The translations under genes and the position numbers were made by a program. Of a stretch of DNA of 64,000 bases, positions 27,715 through 40,614 are shown piece after piece. Origin of the DNA: Podarcis melisellensis. Taxonomy: Eukaryota. The notes beneath the pieces are model-generated. The model was not told where the DNA came from. It saw nothing but the letters and a program-made list of their open reading frames with translations, and did not search any database. The DNA lies in assembly GCA_964234715.1 (NCBI GenBank), contig OZ174281.1. One strand, written 5' to 3'. The first letter of the stretch is position 1. Each line of letters begins with the position of its first letter.

Positions 27715-29006
27715 CTAAGGAGAAAACAAAGCAAATGGAACATTAAAAAGAGGCAGAGTAGACACAGTGCTAACAATCTAAGGGATTGCTTCCTCCACAA
27801 AGCACACACAGCACAGTCTATTCTTAGTATTGTTTTTTTTGGGGGGTGGGGGGTGGGGGAGAAAGCACAAGGTACAAGGGAGGTATCCTTTTTTGAGGGA
27901 CTAATTTCTTCATGGATGTACTCTTAACTTGGAAACTACTGCAAAGCAAACCTACTGTCCCTTTAAAAGTTGTGCAAGAGTGCTTGTTATGCAAAGAAAA
28001 GAAAAAACTTTTCCTACAGACATTCTCTCTGGTACACAACAGTGTCTTATGGCACATTAAAACAGATTTATTGTGACATTAGCTTTTGTGGACTAGAGCC
28101 TACTTTGGCAAATGCATGAAGTTTTCTCCTCAGTATTTCATGCAACTCATGATTCACAAAGCACATGCCACAATAATGACAAAAACATCTGTTATTTTTG
28201 CTGCTCACAGGTCTACCCCTCTGGAATTTACTGTTATTGGAGCCCAAATCTCCAATAACTGGGCATGCTGTTTAGCAGGGCATGCTGCCCCCTTAGTGTA
28301 ATTAGGATACTGACAATAAGTAGCACAATGCCATGGGAAAATAAAACTCCCCCCCTTCTATCAAGTCACATCCATGAAGGGGTGCAATCAAAGGCTTTTG
28401 GACCCACAAAGCTCTATTTGCTGCTTACATTAAAACAAAAGGGGAAATTGGCAGCACTTTCTACCAAATCAAGATGTCAAAGCAGATCCCTTCAGCTGCA
28501 GAACCACTTTACACTGCCTGTAAAACTGTTACTTGAGCTGTTGACTCAGCTAATTCTAATATCCTGGTGTCTACCTCTTGTATTGATTTATAGTCTGACC
28601 TTATTTGTATACTTACAAGCAGGTCCCACTGATTCAAAGTAATCAGAACTTACTTCCAAATAAGTGCAGCTGTAGGGACAACCATGCAACTCCATCACTG
28701 CTTCTCCTTCAATGCTTTCCCAATGTCCGCAATATACTCTAAAATACTTTTAAAAAAGTAATCACTGGGCACTTACTAAGAGTACAATCCACCATGGTGA
28801 CTGAGGCCAGTTCATTTCCCAAACCCAGATTGGAACGGGTCCAGATAATCTCCTTCTTCCAAGAGTACCTGGAGTTGAGCTATCACTAGCTTCTCTAGAA
28901 CCTCCACCTAAAACAGGGTGTTTGTGACAAAGCAGTATTGTCATAAAACTCTGGGTCCAGGGTAGGATCCTTCAAGAATGGGCACACTACTGCCCTTTAG
29001 ATATTT

Positions 29007-29315
29007 CATAGAATCATAGAATTGGAAGGGTCCCAAGGGGCATCTAGTCCAACTCCCTACAATGCAGCAGGAATCTCATCTAAAACATCCATGACAGATT
29101 GCCGTCCAAACTCTACTTAAAAACCTTCAAGGAAGGAGAGTCCACAACCTCCCAAGGGAGATTTGAAAATGGCTAACCTATCTTCTCTCAGTCTCCTCTT
29201 TTCTAGGCTAAACATACCCAACTCTCTCAACCATTCCCCATAAGGTTTGGTTTCCAGACCCTTAACCATCTTGGCTGCCCTCCTCTATACACATTCCGGC
29301 TTGTCAATATCATCT
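29007..29315 (-). mobile_element. CR1 LINE 3' fragment
   Basis: TCATAGAATCATAGAATTGGAAGGG...CATCTAGTCCAAC followed by CR1-like sequence. Confidence 0.75.
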
Positions 29316-30433
29316 TAATGAGCTCACACAGGAGATAACTATTGCTATGAGGCCAAAGCCTCACCAAAAGGTAGTCTGGCCATGACAACTGTACACCAGC
29401 AGTATCCCCCATCTATTTCTTTGGCTCAACACCAGGAATAGTGTTGGGGTTTTTTTGCTGAGAATAATGCAGTGTCTACGTTTTGAACACCAAATATGCT
29501 GTTGGCTGAAATGATATTTACAGTTATTCCCAAAGGACCATTTATCAAGAAAATAATCCGTATTCTAAAAAAGAGAAAACTTAACTGAGATAGTTTCTAA
29601 TTAAAAACAAGGAAATAAAACTTGCCATCTTAAGTTTGTTTAGAAGATAGTAGAAAAGTCTGAACATAAAACAGACTGCCAGCTACCAGAGTAATTGCTT
29701 GTCTTTATTAGGGTGTAATCCTATGCCCAGTTACCCGGGAGAAAGTCCTGTTGAACTCAATGGGACTTACTGCCATACATTTTTACTCTGCCTTTCAGCC
29801 AGCCAAGTGCCTAGGGAGGCTTAAATGAAACTAATAGAAATAGTGCAATCAATAAAACTAGAGGATCTAATAAACAAGTGGGAAAGCAGAATAAAAATAT
29901 AAGGCTGCTTTGTATGAGTGTGTATACTGCCTTGTACTCTTCAGAATCATCCTACGTTCAAAAAGGGTGGAACAGCAAATCAGTTACTGTGCCAAGAATT
30001 GCTGGATATGACAAAGAAGCTTGGCACACAGGCAGCACTCTTGACTAGGTTTCCAGCATAGGCAAATGTCCCCCCGTTGGGGTGCTCAAACCAAAAAAGC
30101 CGTGTCTCCTCACACAGTGGGGGCAACCCAGAAAAGGCTAGTTAGCAGACAGAATTAGAACAAACTAGAAAATATTATATGTTAGGTTATGCAGTTATGC
30201 TATATATAATGTAAAGTACAACCCTGCCTTCCTCTGTCACTGTGTTATTTTCACATCCTTGGTGTGAAAGACAGAGGTGGGCGAGAACAGGAATGCAAAG
30301 TACTGGTATGAATTAATCCGCTCTTCAGCTTAAATAAAAACAAGAAATGTTTCCTGATTTGGCAGAGCTCTAGCCATTCCAGCTCAGCATCTTCCGAAGG
30401 CTAGGAGGCCCTCCTGTATCTAGCACACTGGCA

Positions 30434-30447
30434 GTTTCTATGGCAAC
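30434..30447. promoter_or_regulatory. RFX X-box motif in constant-region intron 1-2
   Basis: GTTTCTATGGCAAC matches the palindromic X-box consensus, in sequence with no repeat recognisable by eye. Confidence 0.4.
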
Positions 30448-32446
30448 CTGCTGTGTATGCGTGCTACATCAATTGCATCACAAACACTTCTTCCATTAAA
30501 CCACTGTATGTCTGTGCTGCATTTAACTGGCATTTTCTATGGAATGTGTTAGTTCCGCTGGATTTTCTTTTGCGAGAGAAGAGGAGAGGCCATGGCGGAG
30601 GATGTGCTGTCGTGCTGAAGGTTCCTGGTTCAATGTTTTCATTAAAAGGATGTTGGCCAGAAGGGCAGAAAACCTTTGCCTGAGAACCTTGGGGACCCAC
30701 TGCCAGTTAGGGTGAGCTCAGTGGACCAATGGCCTCCTCACCCAGGGCAAGGCAGGGATCGGAAAAGGGAGAGAGGCTTTCTAGCCAAGGTCCTTCATTG
30801 TCTATGTTTGCCTGTATAAGGAGGGGAGGGGGGAACACCTTTCAGAACAGAAAGGCAATGGAGTGGCAGTGGATGGCAGGGAGGGTAGAGAGCAATTTCA
30901 AACAGATCTTGCACTGCAAGTACCTCTGGAGATGCCACCTACAAACTCCTGGGTTACTGACTGTGAAGAAAAGACTCTGACCCCAAGGAGCTTGCATACG
31001 GACACACAGCACAGCTACATCGATCAGTTGAAAAATGGGCAATTCTAGTGCAAGGTTGGCTGTTAAAGGCAAGTAAGACAAGGTGGCAGCCCTACTCCTG
31101 CAGTACTTCATTGGTAACTCCAGGGAATTCTGGTATGGCACAAATGATTCCAAGCACCTGCCTGCTAATTATGTCTCTCAGTATCCACTGAGTTTCTCTT
31201 GCCCCGGGGAAAAAAATCTCTGAATTGCACTGTGAGCCACAGACACCATTTGCAATCAGATTTCAAGAAATATCATGTTAGACTGATTTATTAAAATGAA
31301 GTTGTGTGAAGGAGGGAAATGTGTGTATGTGTGGGGGCGGGGAGGAATGGACTGCTACTTTAAAAACAGCAATAATGTTTCTGTACCTTCAAAAATAGTA
31401 TTGGGTGGAGCTTTCCCCATAATTTTCTCTTCCTGCCAAGAGAAGCTCCACCTGCTATTAAAGGTGGAGAAGCAGTGCCAGTGAGAAAGGTGGCAACCCT
31501 ACAGGTTGTAAGGATACAATTGGTCACCTTTGCCCAGGGAAACTAATGGACAGCTGCTGTTAAGCTTCTAGTAAAATCCCTCATTAGCACTGTCCCAATG
31601 ATAAGAAGCTGCTTTAAATATAGACAGTAGATTGCAGGCGATTATAGACAATTAGGATCGCCACATTTCCCCCCCTAGCAGTGCTCCTTTGCCTCATCAC
31701 AGTTATTGGAGGCGTTCATTATCACTCCATGCAAGGGGGGCGGGAACTTCACTTGCAGAATTTCTGCTTTCATACACTTAAAAGGCACAGGTGATTCGCT
31801 AGAAAAAATACGGACAATCGCACAGATTACTACACAGTTATCAAATCTGCAGGAGATCACTTATTTGGGAGACCAGGACTGCAGAAAATTGTGTAAGAGT
31901 GTTAAAAATTGAAGATTTGTTTCCATTTAAAGGGAGCATAAGAGGTCTTAGGTCCTAGTTACTACTTAAGCAAATGCTTAGAAAATGCAGTGGAAGTAGT
32001 CGAGGACTGACGACAAGGGCCGGTGCCATGGATCAGCATTACTAGGCACCCACAGAGACTGAAACCCCAACAGAGGAGGGTCCACCGCTAAATCCTATTC
32101 ATTGGCTTAAAACATTTCTATACTGCTCTTCAGTTAAGAGTTTCCAAGGAAGTATTACAACAGCTTGCCGACTGCAAAACACAAATCACCAATAAAATGG
32201 TTGAGAGAGCACAACAAACAATCCAAGCGGATATATAAAAATGCACCAGAAGTTAAAAACCTGGGGAAATAAAAAGGTGACTAGAAGATATTAACGTAGG
32301 CACTAGGCAAGCCTCCCTAGGAGAGAGCCCCACAAGGGGTGCTACAAGTGAGAAGGCCCTGTCTGGCTGTTGCTATCCGGTCCTCTGCCACTCTAGGAAA
32401 CACACAAGCACACACAACCCCAGGAAGCATCCAGTGATGTGAAGGA

Positions 32447-32587
32447 ATCATAGAATCGTAGACTTGTAGAGTTGGAAGAGACCCTGAGGGTCATCTAGTC
32501 CAACCCGCTGCAATGCAGGATTATGCTGCTGCCCCTATGAAGACTGAAATGGCAACCCTGGCATTATGAGCACCATGATCTAACCAC
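32447..32587 (-). mobile_element. Short SINE with degenerate tRNA-like head and CR1 3' tail
   Basis: Minus strand TGGTTAGATCATGGTGCTCATAATGCCAGGGTTGC... joined to CCTGCATTGCAGCGGGTTGGACTAGATGACCCTC...TTCCAACTCTAC. Confidence 0.6.
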
Positions 32588-33651
32588 CACCACAAATCAA
32601 CAGGAGCTGAACCACACCTGCCACTCCAGGCGTGTGAGCAGGGGCAAGAGCAAGGAGGAGGAGAAGTCACAGAAACAGCAGCCACCCCCACCTCTCTCTT
32701 TCAGCAGCAGTATGGGGCTGGACCCAAAGGAGAGCAAGCAAATGGGCAGCACGGATGCCACCAAAGAGGATGTGGGCCCATCTTGTCCAATCTCCACTGC
32801 CTCTCCCAACCAAAAAGTCAACAGACAAACCCCTGAGTATCATGAGCCTCCCCCTCCCCATTTTTATCTACAAGCTTTGCTGAACTGGGGGCAGAAACAG
32901 TAGACCAAGACGAAATGAAATTAAACCACTGAGAATATACATTGATCGTGCCAAATACTGATCTAAAATTTGGGAATGGCCATATGTGCAACTGATCAGA
33001 TGGGGGGGGGGAGTGCTCCTGTGCCATTAACAGGGGTCTGACTGGAAGAAATCAGAAGTGAAGCTTTCCATGCCATGGAGCAAATCACCTGTTCACTGCT
33101 GTAGCTCAAATGGTTACGGAAGAGCTAAAGGGACTGGCTGAAAAGTTGGCAGCCCTGGTGCAGCAGCAGCAGCAAGTCTGGACAACCAGGAAGCTCAAAC
33201 TGAGCTTTTCCTTGAGGGCTGAAGAATGCTGCCTTCTATGATGATGTTGCTTCTAATCTAGGAACAAAAAGCCCTTTATCAAACACTCAGTGACCTATTT
33301 TACTACAGTACAGTATATTTACTGCATTCTGGATTGGAGTTGCCAACATTTTCTGGCAGATTTTCTGAGCCTTTAACAGGTGTGTAAGAAGATTTCTGCA
33401 AGTGAAGCCTTTCCCTCTCATTAGGCATCTGTGCAATTGGGAAAAGTTTCAACTACTGGCACTTTCCCCAGTTATGCAGATGTGGTGATGAGAGCAAAAG
33501 GTTTTGCATAATGTATTCCTGCTTGTACAGCTGCAGTTCAGTTTGCAGAAGCCTGCTGGGACAAGCATCTCAGATCTATTCAGATGCAGGCATTACGTGC
33601 CTCCATTTTTTACCTTAAGCTACCTCTTTATTATATTCCATCTTTTGTAGG

Positions 33652-33724
33652 ATATTATTATTATATTATATTATATTATATTATATTATATTATATTATA
33701 TTATATTATATTATTATTATTATT
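33652..33724. repeat. (ATATT)n/(ATT)n microsatellite
   Basis: Direct observation. Confidence 0.9.
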
Positions 33725-34857
33725 AAAAACAGCCAGGTGATTTATCCAATTTGCAGTATTTTTATGAATTGGGTGGGCAGGGGGTGCAACACAACTCTGG
33801 TGGACACCAGCTTTCTTGTGTCAATTCCCTAAGTAAAATAAGAATATATCAGAATGTATATCCAGTAAATCCACTTTGTCTGTTCTCCTGCTCTGGAAGT
33901 TCTAAAAAAACTCTGCTCAGGGACAGGTGTGTCTCCATTGTTGGTTTCGCAATCAAAGGACTGTCAAGTTCAATTGGCCAATAGATGCTTAAACATCTGT
34001 TACTAAATGCAGAGTTTTTTGAATGACAAAAGTAGGCATATTGCCATAATTATTATTTTTAATGGCCCAAGTTACTTCTTTCAATGTAATTGGGTACAAG
34101 GTACTAGGGTGACCACAACTGGTAAAGCTCACCCCACCATGAATATTTATGCCAGATATTTCTCCATGTCAGGCTGATGTTAAAGGTACAAAGAATAGGG
34201 GCAGAGATAAGAGACATCTGTACCAGTGCTCCACCTGCATTGTTTTCATGTAATCCTTACAACAGGTCTGTAAGAGTTAGCCTCCAGATTGCAGTGGCAG
34301 TGGGTGGGAAAGCAGAGGATGGGAGCGAGGCTGGCTTGCCTGGGGCTACCTTATTATGACTTCTTGGCAGAGGTGACATTTGAACCAGGGTCTTCCTGAG
34401 TCAGCACTCTGTCTCTTTGCCATGGCTCTACATCAGCTTTCTTTTAAAAGCTTCTGATTACCCTAGTAAAAGACACTGGAGCAGAAACCCTTTTTAAAAG
34501 TACACAACCCTGCTATTGGCAACTTGAAAAACAAGTGCCTGGTTCTAGAGTTAAGACATTTGTGGCTCATGGTCCATCTTCCCTTTGTCTCATGATTTCA
34601 AGTGTCAGAGAGGGGTTTTTGGGGCCTGCTGTTTTCCCCAGGAAAACCCGTTGCTTACTGCTTAATCAGAACAAACATCAATCTGCAGAAAACCCAAACA
34701 TTTATTGGGGTGGGGGGGGCAAAGTGCCTCAGCCCTCAGGAGCTGGCGCCTATGGATGGAGGTGTCCAGGGGAACTCCAAAGAGAATGGGCTGAGAGCAG
34801 TGCAACTTTGCACCCACTTCTCAGTATTTCTGCAGCTTTCAATACCATTGACTATGG

Positions 34858-35331
34858 CAGAGGTTTTCAACCTTTTGGAGTCCACGGCTCCCTTGACCAA
34901 CCACATTCTTTCTGCAGGACCCCTGTGGGGCTCAGATGCCCAGTTGTGTCACCCCTTGCCTGCAGAGTTGGCAGCCTCCCCTCAACCTGTTCTCCTCTGC
35001 CCTCCCCTCTCCTTGGGAGTCCTCTGGGCAGCCACTGCTGCCACCCCTAGTCCCCCTGCCCCAAAGAGAGGTGTCTCCCAGAGGCACCATTCACCTGCAG
35101 GGCTTATAGCCCAGGCTGCTGCAACAAACAGCTGTGCAAATCTTTGGGAGGCTGAGACTTGAGAAGGCATCAAAGGAGGGAGGGAGGGAGGGAAAGGAAG
35201 GAAGGAAGGAAGGAAGGAAGGAAGGAAGGAAGGAAGGAAGAGGGACAGAGGCCAGTGTTGCCCACAGCACCCCTGACCATCATTCAAGGCACCCTGGGAT
35301 GCCACGGCACACTGGACTATGAATACCTCTG
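34858..35331. mobile_element. hAT-type MITE with 8-bp TSD, containing a (GGAA)n tract, inserted in an old L2-like fragment
   Basis: TSD GACTATGG at 34850-34857 and 35332-35339. TIR CAGAGGT.../...ACCTCTG. (GGAA)n at ~35195-35239. Confidence 0.8.
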
Positions 35332-35510
35332 GACTATGGAATCCTCCTGGACTGGCTCTGTGAAGTGGGGATCTGGGGGCACTGTACTACAGTTGTCCTG
35401 GTCCCACCTATGGGACCAAGTGCAGAAAGGAGCACTGGAAAAGTGCTTTTTGGCTCCCTGGCAGTTATGCCACAGGCCACTGTTTTATCCCCAATGCTAT
35501 GAAACCACTG

Positions 35511-35618
35511 GGAGTTTGGGGGCAGGAGGCCCCTCATTAGGAGTTTGGGGGCAGGAGGCCCCTCATTAGGAGTTTGGGGGCAGGAGGCCCCTCATTAGGA
35601 GTTTGGGGGCAGGAGGCC
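35511..35618. repeat. 29-bp minisatellite, 3.7 perfect copies
   Basis: GGAGTTTGGGGGCAGGAGGCCCCTCATTA starting at 35511, 35540, 35569 and 35598 (partial). Confidence 0.92.
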
Positions 35619-36691
35619 ATTCGTATGCTGACAATGCTCAGGTCTATTTTTTGAAAACATCTGAATCAGGGGAGGTCATGCAGGCCTGAATACAATGGTG
35701 GACTACATGAGGGAAAATAAACTGAGCTCGAATCCTGGCAAGACAGAGGCACTGTGGGTATAGAAATTAAATAAATAATAATATTTTTTGTAAACTGCTT
35801 AGAAGTTTTATTTATAAACAAACAGTATATAAATTTTGCTAAATCAATCAATTACAGTCACCTGAGACACAGACTCACCATGCAACTTTTAATAAGGAGA
35901 TAACAGCTTCTATTTACAAAGCTGCTGTATTGTCACCACTCTTTCCTTTGGGATTTTTGTTCATTTGTTACAACACCCCAAGGCTATTCATATTCTATAT
36001 ATTCAATTTATTCTGGACAATATTGAACTTGACATCCTTGATTAATAAGAGGACAGTTTTCAGAACTAGAAGTGTGTCGGGTCCATAGAGGGAAGCAAAA
36101 CCTACAAAAGGAGTCAGTCCTGTGGCACCTTTAAAAGCTATTGTGTTTGTTAAAGGCAGAATCTTTTGCAGGCTAGAGCCCAACTTTATCACATGACGAC
36201 AATGCCAAGGAGTTTTCAAGGTGTTGCTTCATTCTAGCATGGTTGTCTGTGGTTTGGGGTGCTGCTGGCTTTCTCCAGCTGTCTCAGATATTCATTATCT
36301 GAGGGAGGCAGAAAGTGCTACCAGACCATGTTTTCATCATCCAGCATCCTCCTCCATTCTACATGACTGTGTATTCCAGGTTTTGGCCAGCCCCTTTAAC
36401 TGCAATTCGTTCTGCAGCAAATTAATGGGGAAACACCTTGCTCCATACTACCACTTGATGACTTTTGCAGAGGCACAGAGTGAGAGCTTTCTTTTTTTTG
36501 GCCAACTGGCAACCCTATTTTAATAATAACCAATTCAGCTCAGTTGGATTTACTTAATAGCTTGACAAGAGATTGTTGGTAAGTCATTTAATTCTCTCAT
36601 TTATTTACAACCCAGCTTCTTCTTTTTTGGTAACAATAGATAGAACCAGACAACCAGTATAACAAGAAGCTCAGGAATATGCCTTAACCCA

Positions 36692-36827
36692 AGGATAGGG
36701 TATCTGTGACCCTCCAGATGTTGTTGGACTCCAACTCCCATCAGTCTCAGCCAGGGTGGTCAACAGTCAGGGATGATAGGAGCTGTAGTCTGGACACATC
36801 TGGAGGACCAAGGGTTCCCCATTCCTG
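36692..36827. mobile_element. Short palindromic non-autonomous DNA transposon (squamate MITE)
   Basis: CCTCCAGATGTTG..GGACTCCAACTCCCATCA ... TGATAGGAGCTGTAGTC...ACATCTGGAGG inverted arms. Confidence 0.65.
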
Positions 36828-37051
36828 CCTTAATCCATAGGTTGGTTCATTCACTGCATATGGAAAACAAGTGTGAGATAACATAGACTCAAACTCACAC
36901 AACCCTTTTCGATTTTTTTTAGCACGATGTATTATAGAAATTGTGGCAGAACAGCTGAAAGATCAGTGCATTTCCACAACAGCACAGAATGAAAATCCAT
37001 AGCTGGAACTTTGGAACAGCTTTCCAGAAGATGAGAAAATAAATAACTCAC

Positions 37052-37110
37052 CCACTGGTTCCTGGTCTCTGGGCCTGAGAGAAACGCCAGTCTGTGTTAG
37101 GTTGTGCTTG
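37052..37110 (-). CDS. PCDHG: PCDHG constant exon 1 (59 bp; [20 protein letters not shown])
   Basis: Not in the ORF track. Reverse complement reads ttgcag|CAAGCACAACCTAACACAGACTGGCGTTTCTCTCAGGCCCAGAGACCAGGAACCAGTGG|gtgagt. Same length as the human exon and near-identical peptide ([20 protein letters not shown]). Confidence 0.97.
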
Positions 37111-40100
37111 CTGCAAAAGAAACACAAAGAGAGGTTTAATGCTTCTATTCCTAAAATGAAGCTCAGCTATAAAATATACACACACATGCACACACAAGCA
37201 GAGAACATCATTATATGTTCCGAAATACTTCTAAAGAAGCGTGATTGGTTAACATGATAAGAAAATAATTTAAATAATTTTGCAGAAGATAAGACAGTCA
37301 GAAACTATCCATGAATAAATGAAGCATGAAATAAGCTTGAAGGGGCATCATTTAAACCAGAGAACACCAGAACATCAGGAATAATTTTTTTTTGGGGGGG
37401 GGGGAGAAGAGCAGAAATAATTGGTACTGAGAGAATACCAACATCTAAAATGCTAATAGAATTTCCTAATTTATAATCTTTTCTGAAACAGGTCAGTGTT
37501 AGGGCTTTGATTTAATGTCTTCTGTTTCCTTTGATCTTTGGAGCATTGCAATCTTTTTCGCCCACTGAGATTAAAAATTTCATTTCCCACAACAATAATG
37601 ATTTCTTTGAAGGCGCAACAGAAGACACTATATCAGAATAGATTGAGTCATGTATTACTTTCCACCCACATTGTTGTATTATTAGAACAATGGACATTTT
37701 GTAAATAAAGGAGTACATAAAATGCCACTATGAGCAGCATGTCTGAATGGCTCTTTGTGATCACAGCTGAAAGAAACACTGTGGTTGATGCATGCTGCAA
37801 AACTCCATATATCCTGTCAGTCTCCTCCATTAATCCTTCAGTAATAATATTCCACACCATTAGAGAGATTTGCACCCGAACCGTTGTTTATGTGTTTTTT
37901 CCTTAAACAAAATGGATAAACATGTTTTAAGATCAGGATACAAGGGTGTAATCGACATCTTATTCAAGCAACGTCAAAATTAGAATTGATTCAGGTCAAT
38001 CTGGACTCCAAGGATCCTGCAAATAAAAAACTATATGCCTGCAATCCAAACCCCACTTGCCTGAGAGTAAGCCCAATTAAATTCAATAGGACTCATTTCT
38101 GAGTAGACATAGCTAGGGTTGAGACAATGTGTCCTACTACAATAGGAGGATTCCAGCTTTACTGATTATTGATCTGTGAAAGCTAAAGGATTAAAATATA
38201 CTACTGGTGTCAGTTAAACAAGTTCATAAATCTATTTATGTATGTCTATGTGTAAAATTATCATATATAACAGTAGATAGCATGTATTATATTTCTCTGC
38301 AGACTAAATATGCAGAAACAACCTCTTCCTGTGAGTTATTCATTGTGAACACTTACTTCTTCAGTTGCTTCTATAATTTGCAGAGCCAGAGGCTACAATA
38401 ATCAAACCTTGAATCCTAAATTTAAACACCTAAATACAGGCAGTTCTTTAAATATATTTTGAGCATCTCCAGCACACACTGAATTAAAAAAAAACCTCAC
38501 ACACAACCTGTGGTTTTTCTGAAGTTTAGAAAATGGCACCTGTTTATTTAAGTTTCTAAATGTGGATTTAGACATTCCTAAAATGGTTAAGTTCCTGTCC
38601 CCAAGTCTCAAAAAGCTCAAATTTCAGCTATATTTCTTTACGAGGTGGCAAAAGCTAGCATGTGAAAGCTGTGTATGATAAGGATTGCAAAACAGAGTGT
38701 CATGTGTTGCAAAATACTGCATTCTTTCTGCACATAGTATCTTCATAGCGCCAGCAAAATTTAGAAGCAGGAAAGAAGCAAAAATGAAGTAAGAACAGTT
38801 TGTTAAAATTACTGATATGTAAATTTTGTGTTGTTGCTTTTTCTTAAATAAGCTGAGCCTGCCCCTTTCACTAAGGGCTCACTGCTTCTTGTCCCTTGTG
38901 TTAACCGAATGGGGATTTTTCATTTTTAAAAATACGTTATTTTTTTTTAAATTTATATTTTAAAATGTATTCTTGCCCACATTATAACACATCCAAGTAA
39001 TTCAGTTAAAAATATACTGCCTCACTTGCAGTCACTCTTAGCTCCTGCCACTCTTATGGAAAGGGCTTGATGATGCCTTCCTGTGCACTTCTGAAATGCC
39101 CATTCACTTCAATGGGACTTCCACATGAGAACGTCCCAGTGAATGGTCATAAGAAGTTTTCCCTAAGGTGCTGCTTAAGTGTAACTGTGATGTCACAGAA
39201 TCATGTATTTATAGGATGTACTTGTTTTAAACACTTGCAGGCTGCTCTTGGGGCGAAGACCCCCGATGCAACATGTCAAAATTAAAACATGCTCAAAATG
39301 GCAAAGTAACACTAGCAGCTTCACAGTTTTTCCACAATATTACCTTAAGATGGTGATAGATCTGGATTTGCCTGACAGTTTTACAGAACTCTGATAATGG
39401 TGGCAGTGAGGTGAGTAGGGAGTACTTTTTTAAATGAATTCAGCAACCCTCACCTTTTGACCCATATCCTCACCATCACAGTCTCTTTTGCTAAAGGATC
39501 CATTAAGCACATCTGTGCGAAACGATGCAGCTAAAGATGCCTCAACATATACACCCATGTGGTCCCATTTCAGCCTCTTCCTTTGAACCTCTGCTCAGAA
39601 CTAACTTCTTCCATAAAGCCTTTGGTTTAAACCTCTGGCTTTCCTCTCCAGCTGAGATGAGAGTGGAGTCAAAGTCTGTTCAGATCTGGCTTCTTCCCCA
39701 AATGTTTGCTGCACATGTAGAGAAGGTCTGGAACAGAGCTCGTTTGTAGCTGCATCTGCTCTCATTCATCCTTCGCTAAACTTGCCTCCCCCTTTTCTCT
39801 GACTACATTTAGGTCGAGAGCTTCTTGTGGCAGGGCCATGGGTTGTGCTTTTCTTTACTCTGTAAAGTGCTGTGCACACGGGTGGCATAATAATAATTCT
39901 ACTGAGTTTTTAAAAGCCTAACTGACAAGCAACTGTAGCAACCCAAACAGGACTGTGGATCCACCTGACCTTATGTCCAGCATAGGGCTACCTAAACGTC
40001 CCATCAGCAGATGGGTTTCCTCTTGCAAAACAGGACTCCCCTTGCCTCTTGCCTCTCCCCTGCCCCACTCGCTGTGCACCACCTAACTCTGTCTGGAGGT

Positions 40101-40614
40101 TCCTCAACCCTCTGGAGCAGATTTGGGGAGAGTTTGTGGAGCATGTGGAGAGGAAGAATGGGGGAAGGGAAGGAGGCAGATCCCATTTCACAAGCAGAAA
40201 TCCTTGCACGGATGGGATACATGTGTTGGATTATCACCCTATATATTTGTTTTATTATAATATTTTTATACCACCCTTTAATCATATTCCCAGGAGTCCT
40301 ACCACTGCACATGCATTCTCCTCTCACCCCAATTTACCATAGAACATCCTGGGGGTGGGGTGAGGCAGTTGGAGAGAGTGTAGCATGGAAAGAAATGAAA
40401 GCCCTACATGCACCTTGTAAAAAGCATAATAGCTGCAAAATGAAGGAACCCCGGGATGTCACCCTCCACAACACACACACGCACATGCATACACACCTCA
40501 TTTACCTCTTTACACCTAGCCGATGGAAGTCTATGGTAGATAAATATGGTAGATAAATATGGATTTATGGATTGCAAGCAGAAATGTTTTAAGAATCACT
40601 TTAGTGTATCTTAC

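Noticed and set aside
27516-27809. 97-aa ORF with hydrophobic ends
   Set aside because: Only the central 89 bp is constant exon 2; the rest is intron and CA repeat.
32530-32587. tRNA-like sequence (also the B box at 25555-25566)
   Set aside because: Degenerate SINE heads, not tRNA genes.
35511-35618. CRISPR-like repeat length
   Set aside because: Direct tandem copies without spacers, in a vertebrate intron.
40531-40614. Read-through tails past each variable-exon donor (also 43849-43914, 47408-47473, 51414-51452, 61709-61777)
   Set aside because: Intronic sequence after consensus GT donors. Unspliced short isoforms are possible, but nothing here supports them.
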